A stretch of 64,000 nt of DNA from an uncultured Verrucomicrobiota bacterium (GCA_964533295.1 CAZHLM010000001.1:112498-176497), one strand, 5' to 3'. Counted from the first letter of the stretch, positions 29,414 to 40,475 are shown. Program-made: numbers and translations. Notes: generated by a model not told the origin, from the sequence alone.

Positions 29414-31015
29414 GTGCAAACACAAACTACTCGCAGCCAGTACGGCTTAGAAAATCACGGCATCCAGAACGTAAACGCCGTGTACTGGAATCTCTCCACG
29501 CCGCTGCTCTACGAAGAAGCCATCCGCCGCCGCGAGGGCCGCATGGCCCACCTCGGCCCGCTGGTGGTCCGCACCGGCCAGCATACCGGGCGCTCGCCCA
29601 ACGACAAGTTCGCGGTGAAGGAGCCGACCAGCGAGGGCAATATCTGGTGGGGCAAGGTCAACCGCCCGCTCGAACCGGCCAGGTTCGAGCTGCTCAAGAA
29701 ACGGATGCTGGCCTACCTGCAAGGCAAGGACCTGTTTGTGCAGGACTGCTTCGCCGGGGCCGACCCGCAGTACCATCTGCCGATCCGCGTGATCACGGAG
29801 ACCGCCTGGCACAGCCTGTTCGCCCGCGACATGTTCATCCAGGCCCGGCCCGAGGAACTCGCCGTCCACGTGCCCGAATTCAGCGTGCTGAATGCGCCGA
29901 ATTTCCACGCCGACCCCGAGGTCGACGGCACCCGTTCGGAGGTGTTCATCGTGCTTAACTTCGCCCAGAAACTGGTGTTAATCGGCGGAACACAGTACGC
30001 GGGTGAGATCAAGAAGTCCATCTTCACGGTGATGAACTACCGGTTGCCGCTGCAAGGCGTGCTCTCCATGCACTGCTCGGCTAACATCGGGCCGCGCGGC
30101 GACGTGGCCGTGTTCTTCGGGCTCTCCGGCACCGGCAAGACGACGCTGAGTGCCGATCCCGGGCGCACGCTGATCGGCGACGACGAGCACGGCTGGAGCG
30201 AGCGCGGCGTGTTCAACTTCGAGGGCGGCTGTTACGCCAAGGTCATTCGACTGTCCTCCGCCGCCGAGCCCGAGATCTACGAGACCACGCGCCGCTTCGG
30301 GACGATCCTGGAGAACGTCGGCTTCGACAGCGCCACCGGGCGGCTGGACCTGGACGACGACTCACTGACCGAGAACACACGCGCCGCGTATCCGATCAGC
30401 CACATCCCCAACGCGACGCGCGACGGCCTGGGCGGTCACCCCACGAACATTGTCATGCTGACCGCTGACGCCTTTGGGGTCCTGCCGCCCATCGCCCGGC
30501 TGACGCCCGCGCAGGCGATGTATCACTTCCTCTCCGGTTACACCGCCAAGGTGGCCGGGACCGAGAAGGGCGTGACCGAGCCGTCGGCCACCTTCAGCAC
30601 CTGCTTCGGCGCGCCGTTCATGGCGCTCTCGCCCACGGTCTACGCGGATCTGCTGGGCACGAAGATCGCCCAGCACAACGTCAAAGTCTGGCTGGTGAAC
30701 ACCGGCTGGAGCGGCGGCCCCTATGGCGCGGGGCAGCGGATGAAGATCGCCTACACGCGGGCGATGGTCAATGCGGCGCTGAGCGGCGCACTGGACGACG
30801 TCGCCACGACGCCCGATCCCATCTTCGGCGTGGGCGTGCCCGCGGCCTGCCCGGACGTTCCAACGGACGTGCTCAACCCCCGCACCACCTGGGCCGACAA
30901 GGCCGCCTATGATGCCCAGGCCAGGAAGCTGGCCGGGATGTTTGTGGATAATTTCAAGGCGTTCGAGGGCGAGGTGACGGCCGAAGTGCAGGCGGCCGGA
31001 CCGAGGGTTGGATAA
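29414..31015 (+). CDS. pckA: phosphoenolpyruvate carboxykinase (ATP)
   Basis: [19 protein letters not shown] kinase-1a, overall PEPCK-ATP architecture; GTG start with AGGAGA ribosome-binding site. Confidence 0.9.
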   Translation: MQTQTTRSQYGLENHGIQNVNAVYWNLSTPLLYEEAIRRREGRMAHLGPLVVRTGQHTGRSPNDKFAVKEPTSEGNIWWGKVNRPLEPARFELLKKRMLAYLQGKDLFVQDCFAGADPQYHLPIRVITETAWHSLFARDMFIQARPEELAVHVPEFSVLNAPNFHADPEVDGTRSEVFIVLNFAQKLVLIGGTQYAGEIKKSIFTVMNYRLPLQGVLSMHCSANIGPRGDVAVFFGLSGTGKTTLSADPGRTLIGDDEHGWSERGVFNFEGGCYAKVIRLSSAAEPEIYETTRRFGTILENVGFDSATGRLDLDDDSLTENTRAAYPISHIPNATRDGLGGHPTNIVMLTADAFGVLPPIARLTPAQAMYHFLSGYTAKVAGTEKGVTEPSATFSTCFGAPFMALSPTVYADLLGTKIAQHNVKVWLVNTGWSGGPYGAGQRMKIAYTRAMVNAALSGALDDVATTPDPIFGVGVPAACPDVPTDVLNPRTTWADKAAYDAQARKLAGMFVDNFKAFEGEVTAEVQAAGPRVG

Positions 31016-31060
31016 TTTCCGCCTTCACCCAGAAAGGCCCTGAACAGACAGAGAGATCTG

Positions 31061-31951
31061 GTGGCCATCGCCAAGATCGCCGCCCTGGTGGGATTAACCG
31101 TCGTCTATGCCGTCTGCTTCATGCTGATCAAGGCCGGGCTGGCGTTCGCGCCGCCGCTGCTGTTCGGCGGGCTGCGGGCGCTCATCGGCGGCGTTGCGCT
31201 GCTGGGGGTGGCGCCCGTCTTTCACGAACCGCTGCTTCCCCGCCCCGCCACCTGGAGCAGCCTGCTCGCCCTGGCGCTGACCTCCACCGCCCTGGCCTAT
31301 GGGGCGATGTTCCTCAGTCCTGGTCGAACCGGTGCGGGGCTCGCCTCGGTCCTGGGCAACACGCAGCCGTTGATGGCGGTGGCGCTGGCCGCGCTGTTCC
31401 TGGGTGAGCGTATTACAGGCCCGCATTGGGCAACGCTGGCGCTTGGCCTGGCGGGCGTGGCCCTTATCTCACTACCGGCGCTGGCCGCGTCGGGGGCCGA
31501 CGGCGTCTCGGGCGCGGCCCTGGCGCTGGCGGCGTCGTTAGGAGCGGCGAGCGGGAGCGTGATTTTCAAGCGCCTGGGCGCACAGACCCCGGTGCTGACG
31601 GTCACGGCCTGGCAATTGATCCTGGGCAGCCTGCCGCTGCTGGCGCTGTCGGCGATCGTCGAACGTGGCGCGACCGTGACCTGGAGCGCGCCGTTGCTGG
31701 GGACGCTCTTGTTCCTGGCGTTGCCCGGCACGGCCCTCGCGAACGCCGTCTGGTACTGGCTGGTCAGGCGTCACGCGGTCGGGCGGCTTACAATGTACCT
31801 GTTTCTCGTGCCGATATTCGGCCTCGGTCTCGGCGCGCTCGCCTTCGGCGAACGGATTGGCCCGTGGGAAGGCCTCGGCAGCGGCCTGGTCATCGCCGGG
31901 ATCGGCGCGGCGACGTCGTGGATCAGGCCACCCTCTGACCGAGGCGGCTGA
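31061..31951 (+). CDS. EamA/DMT-family transporter
   Basis: ten TM helices in two EamA-like repeats. Confidence 0.7.
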   Translation: MAIAKIAALVGLTVVYAVCFMLIKAGLAFAPPLLFGGLRALIGGVALLGVAPVFHEPLLPRPATWSSLLALALTSTALAYGAMFLSPGRTGAGLASVLGNTQPLMAVALAALFLGERITGPHWATLALGLAGVALISLPALAASGADGVSGAALALAASLGAASGSVIFKRLGAQTPVLTVTAWQLILGSLPLLALSAIVERGATVTWSAPLLGTLLFLALPGTALANAVWYWLVRRHAVGRLTMYLFLVPIFGLGLGALAFGERIGPWEGLGSGLVIAGIGAATSWIRPPSDRGG

Positions 31952-31954
31952 GCG

Positions 31955-32416
31955 ATGAAAGTCCGTGCCTGGTACGGCCTGACCGGTGAGATCGAGGTCG
32001 AGAACGAGCTCTGGCACCTGGTGAGCATCGGCGGCCTGCGCCTCCCGCACCCGCCGCTGGTCAACCTGGTCCTGCGCCGCGGGTTGTCTCCGGAAGACCG
32101 CCGGCGATTGAGCTTCCTGCACGAGTTCGGTCATTTCCAGACTCTGCCGTTAGCACTCGTGCATGCGCTATGGGTGCTCTCGGCCGGGCGAGGGCAGCGC
32201 CGCTCGCTGCCGGGCTGGCTGGCCTGGCTGGCTGCAGCCGGCCTGGCGCATGAGGCCGTCTGGGAGATACTATCGGAAGGTTACGTCTTCGTGCATGAAG
32301 GCTCCACCTACCTGGACGTCTACCGGCGAAGGCCCAATGGGCTTGTGCCGCTCTTCTGGGTGGTGATGGGCGTTCTGGGGATTGGATTGAGCCGGGCGCT
32401 GTGGCGCCGGCGCTAA
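31955..32416 (+). CDS. membrane protein with HExxH motif (SFLHEFGHFQT), hypothetical
   Basis: 153 aa, TM helices; HEFGH could be a zincin-like site but there is no further support. Confidence 0.35.
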   Translation: MKVRAWYGLTGEIEVENELWHLVSIGGLRLPHPPLVNLVLRRGLSPEDRRRLSFLHEFGHFQTLPLALVHALWVLSAGRGQRRSLPGWLAWLAAAGLAHEAVWEILSEGYVFVHEGSTYLDVYRRRPNGLVPLFWVVMGVLGIGLSRALWRRR

Positions 32417-33681
32417 AGCAGAGTCCCGCTGCGCGCGATCTTTTTCAGGATGGAGTGGTCGTCGCCCAGGCGGCACAGCGCGTCGCAGTGCTCGCACAGG
32501 TCATCGAAGGGGATAAAGGCCAGCGAGATGCCGGCCAGGTCATCGCGGAAGGCCGGCCGCGCCAGCTGCGCCATCACTTCCTTCTCGCGGCGGTCGGGCG
32601 CAACCAGATAAAGATGGCAGGTGCAGCCGGGGATGGAGCGCGCCAGGTCTTCCAGCCGCAGGATCCCGGAATAGATCGAGGTGCTCTTCTCGACCTCAAA
32701 CGCGCTGACGATCTCGCCCGTGCCTGGTTTCAGCCAGATCACGTCGATCAGGCCCACCGTCTCCGCGACTTCGGACGGCCAGCCCATCGCCGGCAACTCC
32801 GGCACCGTGAGCAGCGCAAACGACTGGCCGTCGTAAGAACGATGCCGGTCGTTGCGCGCCACATAGACGTCATACTTCAGCGCGCGCCCGATCTTGATCA
32901 GAAAATACTGAATCTGCGTATGCTCTGACTTTTCCTTCTGCTCGGCCAGCACGTCGGCGTGGCGGGCTTTGGCCGCCTTTTCCGCCTTCGCCTTCTCGGC
33001 CTGGAGGACGGCGTCCACATTGCCGCCTACCACGAGCCGGCCCATGCCGATCTCGAAGAGCAGCCCCGCAAACGCGCCCAGATCCTTGGAGAGCAGGTCG
33101 CGCCTCTCGGCGTTGGTGCGCACGATGACCTCGCGCATCTCCAGATAGCTGCCCCAGGAGCCGAGCTTCTTCCTGTCCCCAAACAGGGCGTTGAAGCCGT
33201 TGACCATGGCAGTGTTGAAGGGCGGCACAATCGTTGGGTGCAGGAAATAGACGATGTTGGCCACAGCCGGCCCCAGGCCCTTGATGTGTGCCCCGGCCAG
33301 GCGGCTTATCTCAGCCAGCACCTGCTCCTCGCGAGTGGCGGCCAGGCAGGCTTCCAGAAACGAGCCAAACCGGCGCTGGTTGGCCTCGTTTTCGTAGATG
33401 TCCGGGATGCGCAGCTTGGGCTTCCAATAGAACGGATGCGCTGCGCCTTCGAACACCTGCTTCTGCTCGGTGATGGCCGTCAGCACGACCTCCAGCGGCG
33501 AGCCTTTGAAATCGTTGCCGAACGACCCCGCAGCGATGGCCTCCACCGTGTCGCGCACGCCGCGCCGGATAGCCCGGAAGGCCTTCATGCGTTCCTCGCC
33601 GCCCACGAACCAGGTGTTATACACCGTCTCCGGGTCAGACTTATAACGCTCAATCAACTCAACCAGCGCGGCTTTGTCCAT
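32413..33681 (-). CDS. putative nuclease: N-terminal helix-hairpin-helix-containing domain plus C-terminal PD-(D/E)xK (restriction-endonuclease-like) domain
   Basis: HIKGLGPAVANIVYF HhH-like motif; C-terminus GLIDVIWL ... EIVSAFEVEKS matches the D ... (D/E)xK pattern; start at M16 supported by AGGAGGG ribosome-binding site; TATAAT box upstream. Confidence 0.5.
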   Translation of the reverse strand: MDKAALVELIERYKSDPETVYNTWFVGGEERMKAFRAIRRGVRDTVEAIAAGSFGNDFKGSPLEVVLTAITEQKQVFEGAAHPFYWKPKLRIPDIYENEANQRRFGSFLEACLAATREEQVLAEISRLAGAHIKGLGPAVANIVYFLHPTIVPPFNTAMVNGFNALFGDRKKLGSWGSYLEMREVIVRTNAERRDLLSKDLGAFAGLLFEIGMGRLVVGGNVDAVLQAEKAKAEKAAKARHADVLAEQKEKSEHTQIQYFLIKIGRALKYDVYVARNDRHRSYDGQSFALLTVPELPAMGWPSEVAETVGLIDVIWLKPGTGEIVSAFEVEKSTSIYSGILRLEDLARSIPGCTCHLYLVAPDRREKEVMAQLARPAFRDDLAGISLAFIPFDDLCEHCDALCRLGDDHSILKKIARSGTLL

Positions 33682-33750
33682 TGGTCCCTCCTGCCGGGTA
33701 CGCCAAATTATAGGCGCATGCGCCAAATTGCGGTATGTGTCTCAGTCAAT

Positions 33751-35302
33751 GGTGTAAATGGATTGAGTGCAACCTGAAGGTGCCAGAGTTTAGTCAGTGG
33801 TCGTGAGCTCGCTCCTGAAAGTCAGAAACGACATCATGTGAAGCGCCGCGCCCACAGCCGGCGAGCGCGCCCGCAGGCCGGGCCCCGGTCAAGGTGGAGC
33901 GAGCGCGCGAGCTGGGCCGCCCCCTGGGGCGGCGCGCGCTCGACGACCTTGACCGGGTGGCCGGAGGGTGCCGCCTCGCGCGGCGGGCGCCGGCGCGAAC
34001 CGGTCAGCGCACAGGCGCCAAGGCCGGAGCAATCATGAGCGCGCCCGCGTGCGGGTCCAAAAGCCGCTGCATGCTCGCTTGGCTGAAGTAGCGGCGCTCA
34101 ATGGCCCACTCGTCCGCCAGTTCCAACAGGACCATGCCGGTGAGACGCAGCACGGCCGGGTCATTCGGAAAGACCTGCACCACGTCCGTGCGGCGCTTGA
34201 TCTCCCGATTGACGCGTTCTAAGACGTTGGTGGAATAGAGCCGGGTCCAGTGTTCGGGCGGGAACGTCAGATAGGCCAGTACATCGTCTTCGGCCGTCCG
34301 TAACAGCGCGGCGGCTTTGGGCCAGCGCGTCTGCATCCCGCGCGCCACTTCGGCCAGCTGTTGACCAGCCGCCTCCCGATTGGGCTGGGCAAAAATCGTG
34401 CGGACCAGGGCCGCCACGACGGCCTTATCGGCGTGCGGGATATGGGCCAGCAGATTGCGCATAAAGTGCACGCGACAGCGCTGCCAGGTGGCCCCGGTCA
34501 AGACCTGAGCAATGGCCGCTTTCAGGCCTTCGTGGGCGTCACTAATGACTAACTGAACGCCGGCCAGACCTCGACCGACGAGACTACGCAAAAACTCGCT
34601 CCAGAAGGCTTGTTCTTCGCTCGCTCCCAACGCCAGGCCCAACACCTCGCGTTCGCCGGTCTCTCGCACACCGACCGCCACCACCAGGGCTTTACTGACA
34701 ATCCGCTGATTGGCACGTACTTTCACGTAGACCGCATCTAGCCACATATAGGGATAGGCCCCGCTCAAAGGTCGTTGCCGAAAGGCCGTCACTTGCTCAT
34801 CGAGCCCCTGGCACAGGCGCGACACCTTGGACTTGTCGATCCCACTCAGGCCGAGGGCTTGCACCAGATCGTCCACTTTGCGGGTGCTCACCCCGGCCAC
34901 ATACGCTTCTTGAATGACGGCCACCAGGGCCTGCTCCGTCCGCCGACGCGGCTCCAGCAAGCTTGGAAAGTAACTCCCCTGGCGGAGTTTGGGGATCCGT
35001 AACTGGAGTTCCCCCACGCGCGTTTCCAACGGCCGTTCGCGATAGCCGTTGCGCTGGGTGGTGCGCGCCGGGCTGCGCTCGTACTTCCCCGCCCCAATCT
35101 GCTGTTCGGCTTCCAATTCGATCAACTGCTGCAGTAGCCACTCCAACGCCGGCCGCAGGGCCTCCCCATCCAACGTCAGGCCCATCTTGCGTAGGTGCTC
35201 ATTCAGTGCGATAGTCAATTCGGTCATCGGGTGCTCCTGTTGCGATGTGGTAGTCACTTCAGGTAGCACTCGATGACTCGTTTTGTCAAATCCGATTTAC
35301 AC
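33751..35302. mobile_element. IS256-family insertion sequence
   Basis: transposase gene flanked by imperfect inverted repeats GGTGTAAATGGATTGAGTGCAACCTGAAG (left) and revcomp GGTGTAAATCGGATT ... GAGTGCTACCTGAAG (right); no clear target-site duplication. Confidence 0.65.
34004..35227 (-). CDS. IS256-family (Mutator-type) transposase
   Basis: 407 aa with the DDE region of IS256 transposases (YMWLDAVYVKVR ... LVISDAHEGLKAAI ... RCRVHFMRN). Confidence 0.85.
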   Translation of the reverse strand: MTELTIALNEHLRKMGLTLDGEALRPALEWLLQQLIELEAEQQIGAGKYERSPARTTQRNGYRERPLETRVGELQLRIPKLRQGSYFPSLLEPRRRTEQALVAVIQEAYVAGVSTRKVDDLVQALGLSGIDKSKVSRLCQGLDEQVTAFRQRPLSGAYPYMWLDAVYVKVRANQRIVSKALVVAVGVRETGEREVLGLALGASEEQAFWSEFLRSLVGRGLAGVQLVISDAHEGLKAAIAQVLTGATWQRCRVHFMRNLLAHIPHADKAVVAALVRTIFAQPNREAAGQQLAEVARGMQTRWPKAAALLRTAEDDVLAYLTFPPEHWTRLYSTNVLERVNREIKRRTDVVQVFPNDPAVLRLTGMVLLELADEWAIERRYFSQASMQRLLDPHAGALMIAPALAPVR

Positions 35303-35939
35303 CACCTCTCAAGACATTATCAAATTGCGCATTCATCCTGCGCCTTTTGGCGCTTACGGCGGACGTGGGGGCCAAGTACCATCGACAGTCAGAGCGCGCC
35401 TTTGGAGGTGGCCATGTACGTTGTACCGTTGTACCTTTTCCTTTCGCTCCTGCCGATTGCCTGGTTGCTGAGGCGATCACGGAGGCGGCCTGCCGCTGCG
35501 CTGCGCCATGTGACGGTGAGCATGGGCCCGACCTCCAAGAGGGGGTAGCGATGAGCACACTGAACCGCATCCTCCTGGGGTTGGCGCTGCTGACCCTGAT
35601 TGGCGTGGCCGCGCTGGCCGACGGCGCAGTGGGTGGCGGCGCGGTCTATTGGGTCTTGCGTGGACAGTTGCGTCTGCCCTGGCGCCCGCTTTCACGGTGA
35701 ATGGCGCGCCCCTGGCCGTTACTCGCTCTGCCCCCGACACCGGTGCGCGGACTATGGCCCTTGGTTGGGCGCTGGCAGATATCCGCCGAGCGCTGGATTC
35801 TCGGCGCCAGCATGTTTGTACAGCGCTATTTCCTCCCCGACAGTGGGCAGATCCCGGTCAGTGAGGTGAACAGCCTCGCCAAAGCCGCCGGGTTTGAGGT
35901 GCGTGATTCGGTTGCCCTTTTGTCTTACAGGTTGTAAGA

Positions 35940-36180
35940 TAGACCCACCACACGAGTTTCCGAGGGTGGACACAATCCAGTTGCTGGATGATGTCTCGCG
36001 GTAACTGGACAAGCAGAGCGTGCGCGTGGCCGCTGTGTATGACGGTGCCAACTACCTGGGTTTGATCAGCTTGGAAGGTATCGCTGAAACGCTGGCTGGG
36101 ATGTTTGGGCGGCGCCGGAAGCGGCTTCGCCAGATGCCGGCCGGCACATCATCGCCCGTGCCCGGCAACGGAGTGCAGTG
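35940..36180 (+). pseudogene. CBS-domain gene remnant with in-frame TAA
   Basis: [42 protein letters not shown] reads as a CBS domain interrupted by a stop; no start or N-terminal part; adjacent to the IS256 element. Confidence 0.3.
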
Positions 36181-36182
36181 AG

Positions 36183-38708
36183 ATGAAGACGACAGTCATC
36201 TTTCTGGAAGGCATTGAGTCCGTGCTTTCGCCGGCCGGGGTCGAGAAGCAGTTGTGCCGGCATCCCGGCATCCACAAGGTTGAAACGAACTTCATGACGG
36301 GCACGGCCACCGTCTACCATGACGAGTCGGTGCCGCTGGCGGAGATCAAGCGTTACGTGGCCGAATGTGGCTACGCCTGCTCAGGTGAGTGCCTGCCACA
36401 GCACGTGACCCAGCCGGGCGATCCGCCAATGGAAATGGCGCACGCCGGCCATGCGATGCGCGACGCCGGAGCTGGAGAACACGCCAGGCCTGAGATGCGC
36501 GCACATGTCGGGCACGTGATGCCGGCGTCTGAACATGACGCCCATGCCGGCCACGCCATGCCGACGGCGAAAGCGCCCGCCACAGCCGAGGCCCATGCCG
36601 GGCATGAGACACCGGCACTTGCGCCCGGTGCAAGTGTGGCTGCGGCCGGCGAAATGGAAGCTATGGCTCACGAGATGGGCCACGGCGCGGGAATGAGCAT
36701 GGAGGCCATGGTGCGTGACATGCGCAACCGCTTCCTGGTTGCGTTCGTCCTCGCCATCCCCGTCTTCCTGTACTCGCCGCTGTTTACCGACTTTTTCCAG
36801 GTTCAGCTGCCACTTCCATTCGGGCTATCAAATGAAGCGCTGTCGTTTCTGCTCGCCACACCCGCCGTGCTGTACAGCGGCTGGGTCTTCTATATCGGCG
36901 CATGGCGCGGGCTGAAGAATGGGGTACTGAACATGGCCGTGCTGGTCACGCTCTCGGTATTGGCCGGATACATCTTCAGCGTCGCCGCCACGTTCCTGTT
37001 TGAAGGTGAAGTCTTCTACGAGGCCGCGGTGCTGCTGCTGGCCTTTGTGCTCTTCGGCCACTGGATGGAGATGCGCGCCCGCTCCGGCGCGTCGCAGGCC
37101 ATTCAGGCGTTGATGAACCTCGCGCCGCCGAAGGCCACCGTCATCCGCGGCGGGCAGCAGGTCGAAGTTCCGACTTCGGAAGTGCTGCTGGACGACGTCG
37201 TCCTCATCCGACCCGGCGACAAGATCCCGGTGGACGGCGTAGTCATCGAGGGCGAGTCGAGTGTGGACGAGTCCATGCTGACGGGCGAGAGCCTGCCGGT
37301 GAAGAAGGCTGTCGGCTCCAGCGTCGTTGGCGCGACGATCAATAAGACCGGCGCGTTCAAATTCCGCACCACCAAAGTGGGCGCGGATACTGCCCTGGCG
37401 CAGATCGTCAAGCTGGTGCAGGTGGCGCAGAACTCGAAAGCACCCTCGCAGCGGCTGGCGGACCGGGCTGCGCAATGGCTGGTAGCCGCCGCCATCGTCT
37501 TCGGACTGGCGACGTTTTTCGGCTGGTATTTCTTTGGCGGGTCGGCCATCCCGCCGGGAGTGGACAGGACGGTGTGGGCCCTGACGCTCGCCATCACGGT
37601 CGTCGTCATCGCCTGCCCTGATGCGCTCGGGTTGGCCACGCCCACGGCGGTGATGGTGGGCACCGGCCTCGGCGCGCAGAACGGCATCCTGTACAAGAAT
37701 GCCACCGCGCTGGAAGAGGCAGCCAAGTTGCAGGCCATCATCTTCGACAAGACCGGCACGCTCACCGAGGGCAAACCCCAGGTGGTTGAAATCGTGGCAT
37801 CGGGCAACCCGCTCACCGAGGCCGACCTGTTGCGGCTGGTCGCCTCGGCGGAGCAATCATCCGAACACCCGCTGGCCCAGGCCATCGTGGAAAAAGCCAA
37901 GGCGCAAAACGTGAAGCTGGAAGACGCGGGTGGCTTTGAGGCCATCCCCGGCCACGGCATGAAGGCGGTAGTCGCTGGCCGGACTCTGCTGGTAGGCAAC
38001 CGCAAGCTGATGCGTGACAACCAGATCGCACTCAATGAACTGGGAGAGCGCGCCGCCTCCCTGGAAGGCGCGGGGCGCACGGTGGTATATGCCGCTGCGG
38101 ATGGCCAATTCGTCGGGCTCATCGCCATCGCCGACGCGGTGCGGCCCAACGCCCGGCTCGCCGTCGAGAAGCTGACCAGCATGGGCGTACAGGTTGCCAT
38201 GCTCACCGGCGACAATCGTGCCACCGCTGAACGTATCGCGGGCGAGCTCGGTATCCAGACCGTGTTCGCCGAAGTGCTGCCGGGCCAGAAAGCTGACAAG
38301 GTGAAGGAGCTGCAATCGCAGGGGAAGCTGGTGGCGATGGTGGGCGATGGCATCAACGACGCCCCGGCGCTGGCGCAGGCCGACGTGGGCATCGCCATCG
38401 GCGCGGGCACCGACGTGGCGATGGAGACCGCCGACGTGGTGCTGATGAAGTCCGATCCGTTCGACGTGATTGGTGCCATCACGCTCAGCCGGGCGACGTT
38501 GAGCAAGATGCACCAGAATCTGTGGTGGGCAGCGGGTTACAATACCATTGCCTTCCCCATTGCCGCCGGCTTGTTCTACCCGGCCTTCGGGCTGATCCTG
38601 CGCCCCGAAATTGCCGCCATCTCGATGTCGGGTTCGTCTCTGCTGGTAGCGGTCAATGCCTTGATGCTAAAGAACACGAAGCTGGAAGGCATCCGGGCCA
38701 AAGCATAA
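36183..38708 (+). CDS. P1B-type heavy-metal ATPase with cysteine-free HMA-like N-domain, His/Met-rich stretch and CPD TM motif
   Basis: [10 protein letters not shown] ... [20 protein letters not shown] ... [25 protein letters not shown] instead of [26 protein letters not shown] and MSGSS. Confidence 0.85.
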   Translation: MKTTVIFLEGIESVLSPAGVEKQLCRHPGIHKVETNFMTGTATVYHDESVPLAEIKRYVAECGYACSGECLPQHVTQPGDPPMEMAHAGHAMRDAGAGEHARPEMRAHVGHVMPASEHDAHAGHAMPTAKAPATAEAHAGHETPALAPGASVAAAGEMEAMAHEMGHGAGMSMEAMVRDMRNRFLVAFVLAIPVFLYSPLFTDFFQVQLPLPFGLSNEALSFLLATPAVLYSGWVFYIGAWRGLKNGVLNMAVLVTLSVLAGYIFSVAATFLFEGEVFYEAAVLLLAFVLFGHWMEMRARSGASQAIQALMNLAPPKATVIRGGQQVEVPTSEVLLDDVVLIRPGDKIPVDGVVIEGESSVDESMLTGESLPVKKAVGSSVVGATINKTGAFKFRTTKVGADTALAQIVKLVQVAQNSKAPSQRLADRAAQWLVAAAIVFGLATFFGWYFFGGSAIPPGVDRTVWALTLAITVVVIACPDALGLATPTAVMVGTGLGAQNGILYKNATALEEAAKLQAIIFDKTGTLTEGKPQVVEIVASGNPLTEADLLRLVASAEQSSEHPLAQAIVEKAKAQNVKLEDAGGFEAIPGHGMKAVVAGRTLLVGNRKLMRDNQIALNELGERAASLEGAGRTVVYAAADGQFVGLIAIADAVRPNARLAVEKLTSMGVQVAMLTGDNRATAERIAGELGIQTVFAEVLPGQKADKVKELQSQGKLVAMVGDGINDAPALAQADVGIAIGAGTDVAMETADVVLMKSDPFDVIGAITLSRATLSKMHQNLWWAAGYNTIAFPIAAGLFYPAFGLILRPEIAAISMSGSSLLVAVNALMLKNTKLEGIRAKA

Positions 38709-38754
38709 TGCCCGCGCTGCTGTGAACCGCATCCGGATTATCCGACCCGCATCC

Positions 38755-39321
38755 ATGCCGAAACGCATTATCGAACCGAACACGACTTTATATCCCGTAC
38801 CAGTGGTGTTGATCACCAGCGGCGGGAACACGCCCAACGTGATGACCTGCAACCGCATCGCCTCGTGTTCCGCCGAGCCGCCGCGCCTGGCAATCTCCGT
38901 CCGCCCCGGTCGCTATTCCCATTCGCTGATCCATGAGAGCGGCGAGTTCGTCGTCAACATCCCGACGCCCGAGCAGTCTGTCCTCGCGGATTACGCTGGA
39001 GTCGTAACCGGCAAGAAGGAAGACAAGATCGCGATCGCACATCTCAAACTTGCGCCCGCGCTCAAGATCAAGACACCTCTGCTGGCGGATTGCCCGGTCA
39101 ACATCGAGTGCGTTGTCGATCGAGAGATCGCGCTCGATTCACACACGCTGTTTATCGGGCTCGTGCAGGCGGTACACGCCGACGAGTCCCTGCTCGACGA
39201 GCACGGCGACGTGGAGGTGAAGCGCGCGCAGGGCCTCTTCTACGACAACGGCACAGTTCGCGAGAAGCCCAATTACAAATTCCGCGTGGACGATCTGCGC
39301 CGCGCCGTGCAATCTCGTTGA
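38755..39321 (+). CDS. flavin reductase-like FMN-binding protein
   Basis: LYPVPVVLITSG ... NVMTCNRIASCS ... flavin_reduct-like pattern; start uncertain (GTG 38722 or ATG 38755). Confidence 0.65.
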   Translation: MPKRIIEPNTTLYPVPVVLITSGGNTPNVMTCNRIASCSAEPPRLAISVRPGRYSHSLIHESGEFVVNIPTPEQSVLADYAGVVTGKKEDKIAIAHLKLAPALKIKTPLLADCPVNIECVVDREIALDSHTLFIGLVQAVHADESLLDEHGDVEVKRAQGLFYDNGTVREKPNYKFRVDDLRRAVQSR

Positions 39322-39334
39322 GTTTTCCTTCGCG

Positions 39335-40475
39335 TATGTTCGACACCAAACGCGTTCCAGGTTGTGCGGTCTGCCTGACCCTTACCGCCCTCCTGGCGGC
39401 GTGCGGCACCGCGCCCCCGGGCACGCCGGCAACGCTGGTCACGCAGACCCCGCCCTCCCCCAGCACGCCGATCCCCGCATCGGCAACGCTGGCAGAACAG
39501 AACCTCCCGCCCACCGCAGCGAGCGAAGGGGTCTTGCCAGCGGCCACACTCGCCGCCAACGCGGCCGCCGGGCCGACCCCCGAGCCCTCGCCCACGCCGC
39601 TCTATCCCCTCGCGATCGAAGCGATGCGCGCGCGCGACTATCCCGGCAGCGACATTGCCATTGAACAGAGTCTCGCGCCGGGCAGCAACTATCAGCGTTA
39701 CCTCGCCTCGTACCAATCCGACGGTCTGAAAATTTACGCGCTCATGACGGTGCCGGATGGCGACAGGCCCCCGACGGGCTGGCCCGTGATTGTGTTCAAT
39801 CACGGCTTCATTCAGCCCGAACGGTATCGCACCACCGAGCGCTACGTCGCCTACCAGGACGCGCTGGCGCAGTCCGGGTACATCACGCTCAAATCGGATT
39901 ATCGCGGGAATGGCGATTCAGAAGGGACGCCGAGCGGGCATTTTGCGCCGGGCACACAATTGACGTGCTGAACGCGGTCGGCGCGCTCAAGAAATACCTG
40001 CGGCCGATACGAATCGGATTGGCATGTGGGGCCACTCGCTGGGCGGAGAGATTACTCCGCGTGATGGTCGTCAGCCAGGACATCACGGCGGGCGTGATCT
40101 GGGCAGGCACCGTGGCCCCGCCCGGAGAACAGTTGGGCAGGTGGGGCGGCGGGTCGCGCGGGGGCTCACGGTGGCTCAGGCGCGCTCGGTCAGTTGATGG
40201 AGCAATATGGCACGCCTGAGGAGAATCCCGAATTCTGGGCTTCGCTGTCAGCCACTGCCTACCTGGGCGAGCTATCGGGACCGGTCCAGTTGCATCATGG
40301 GGAGGCAGACGAAGAGGTGCCGTTGAGCTGGTCGCAATCGGTGTACGACGCGATCAACCAGACAGGCGGGGTCGTCGAAATGTATACGTATCCTGGCAGC
40401 GATCACAACCTCTCACAGGGGTTTGACCTGGCGATGCAGCGCACGATTGAGTTCTTCGACAAGTACACGAAATGA
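39335..40475 (+). pseudogene. secreted alpha/beta hydrolase (S9/dienelactone-hydrolase-like) lipoprotein gene broken by at least four frameshifts
   Basis: lipobox LTALLAACG; catalytic GHSLGG elbow readable only in a third frame (IGMWGHSLGGEIT); C-terminal part in ORF 40194-40475. Confidence 0.6.

Noticed and set aside
33741-35312. 8-bp target-site duplication flanking the IS256 element
   Set aside because: The sequences directly outside the inverted repeats (ctcagtca on the left, cctctcaa on the right) do not match. Both flanks do share caaattgcg 16-22 nt away, but this is not a target-site duplication.
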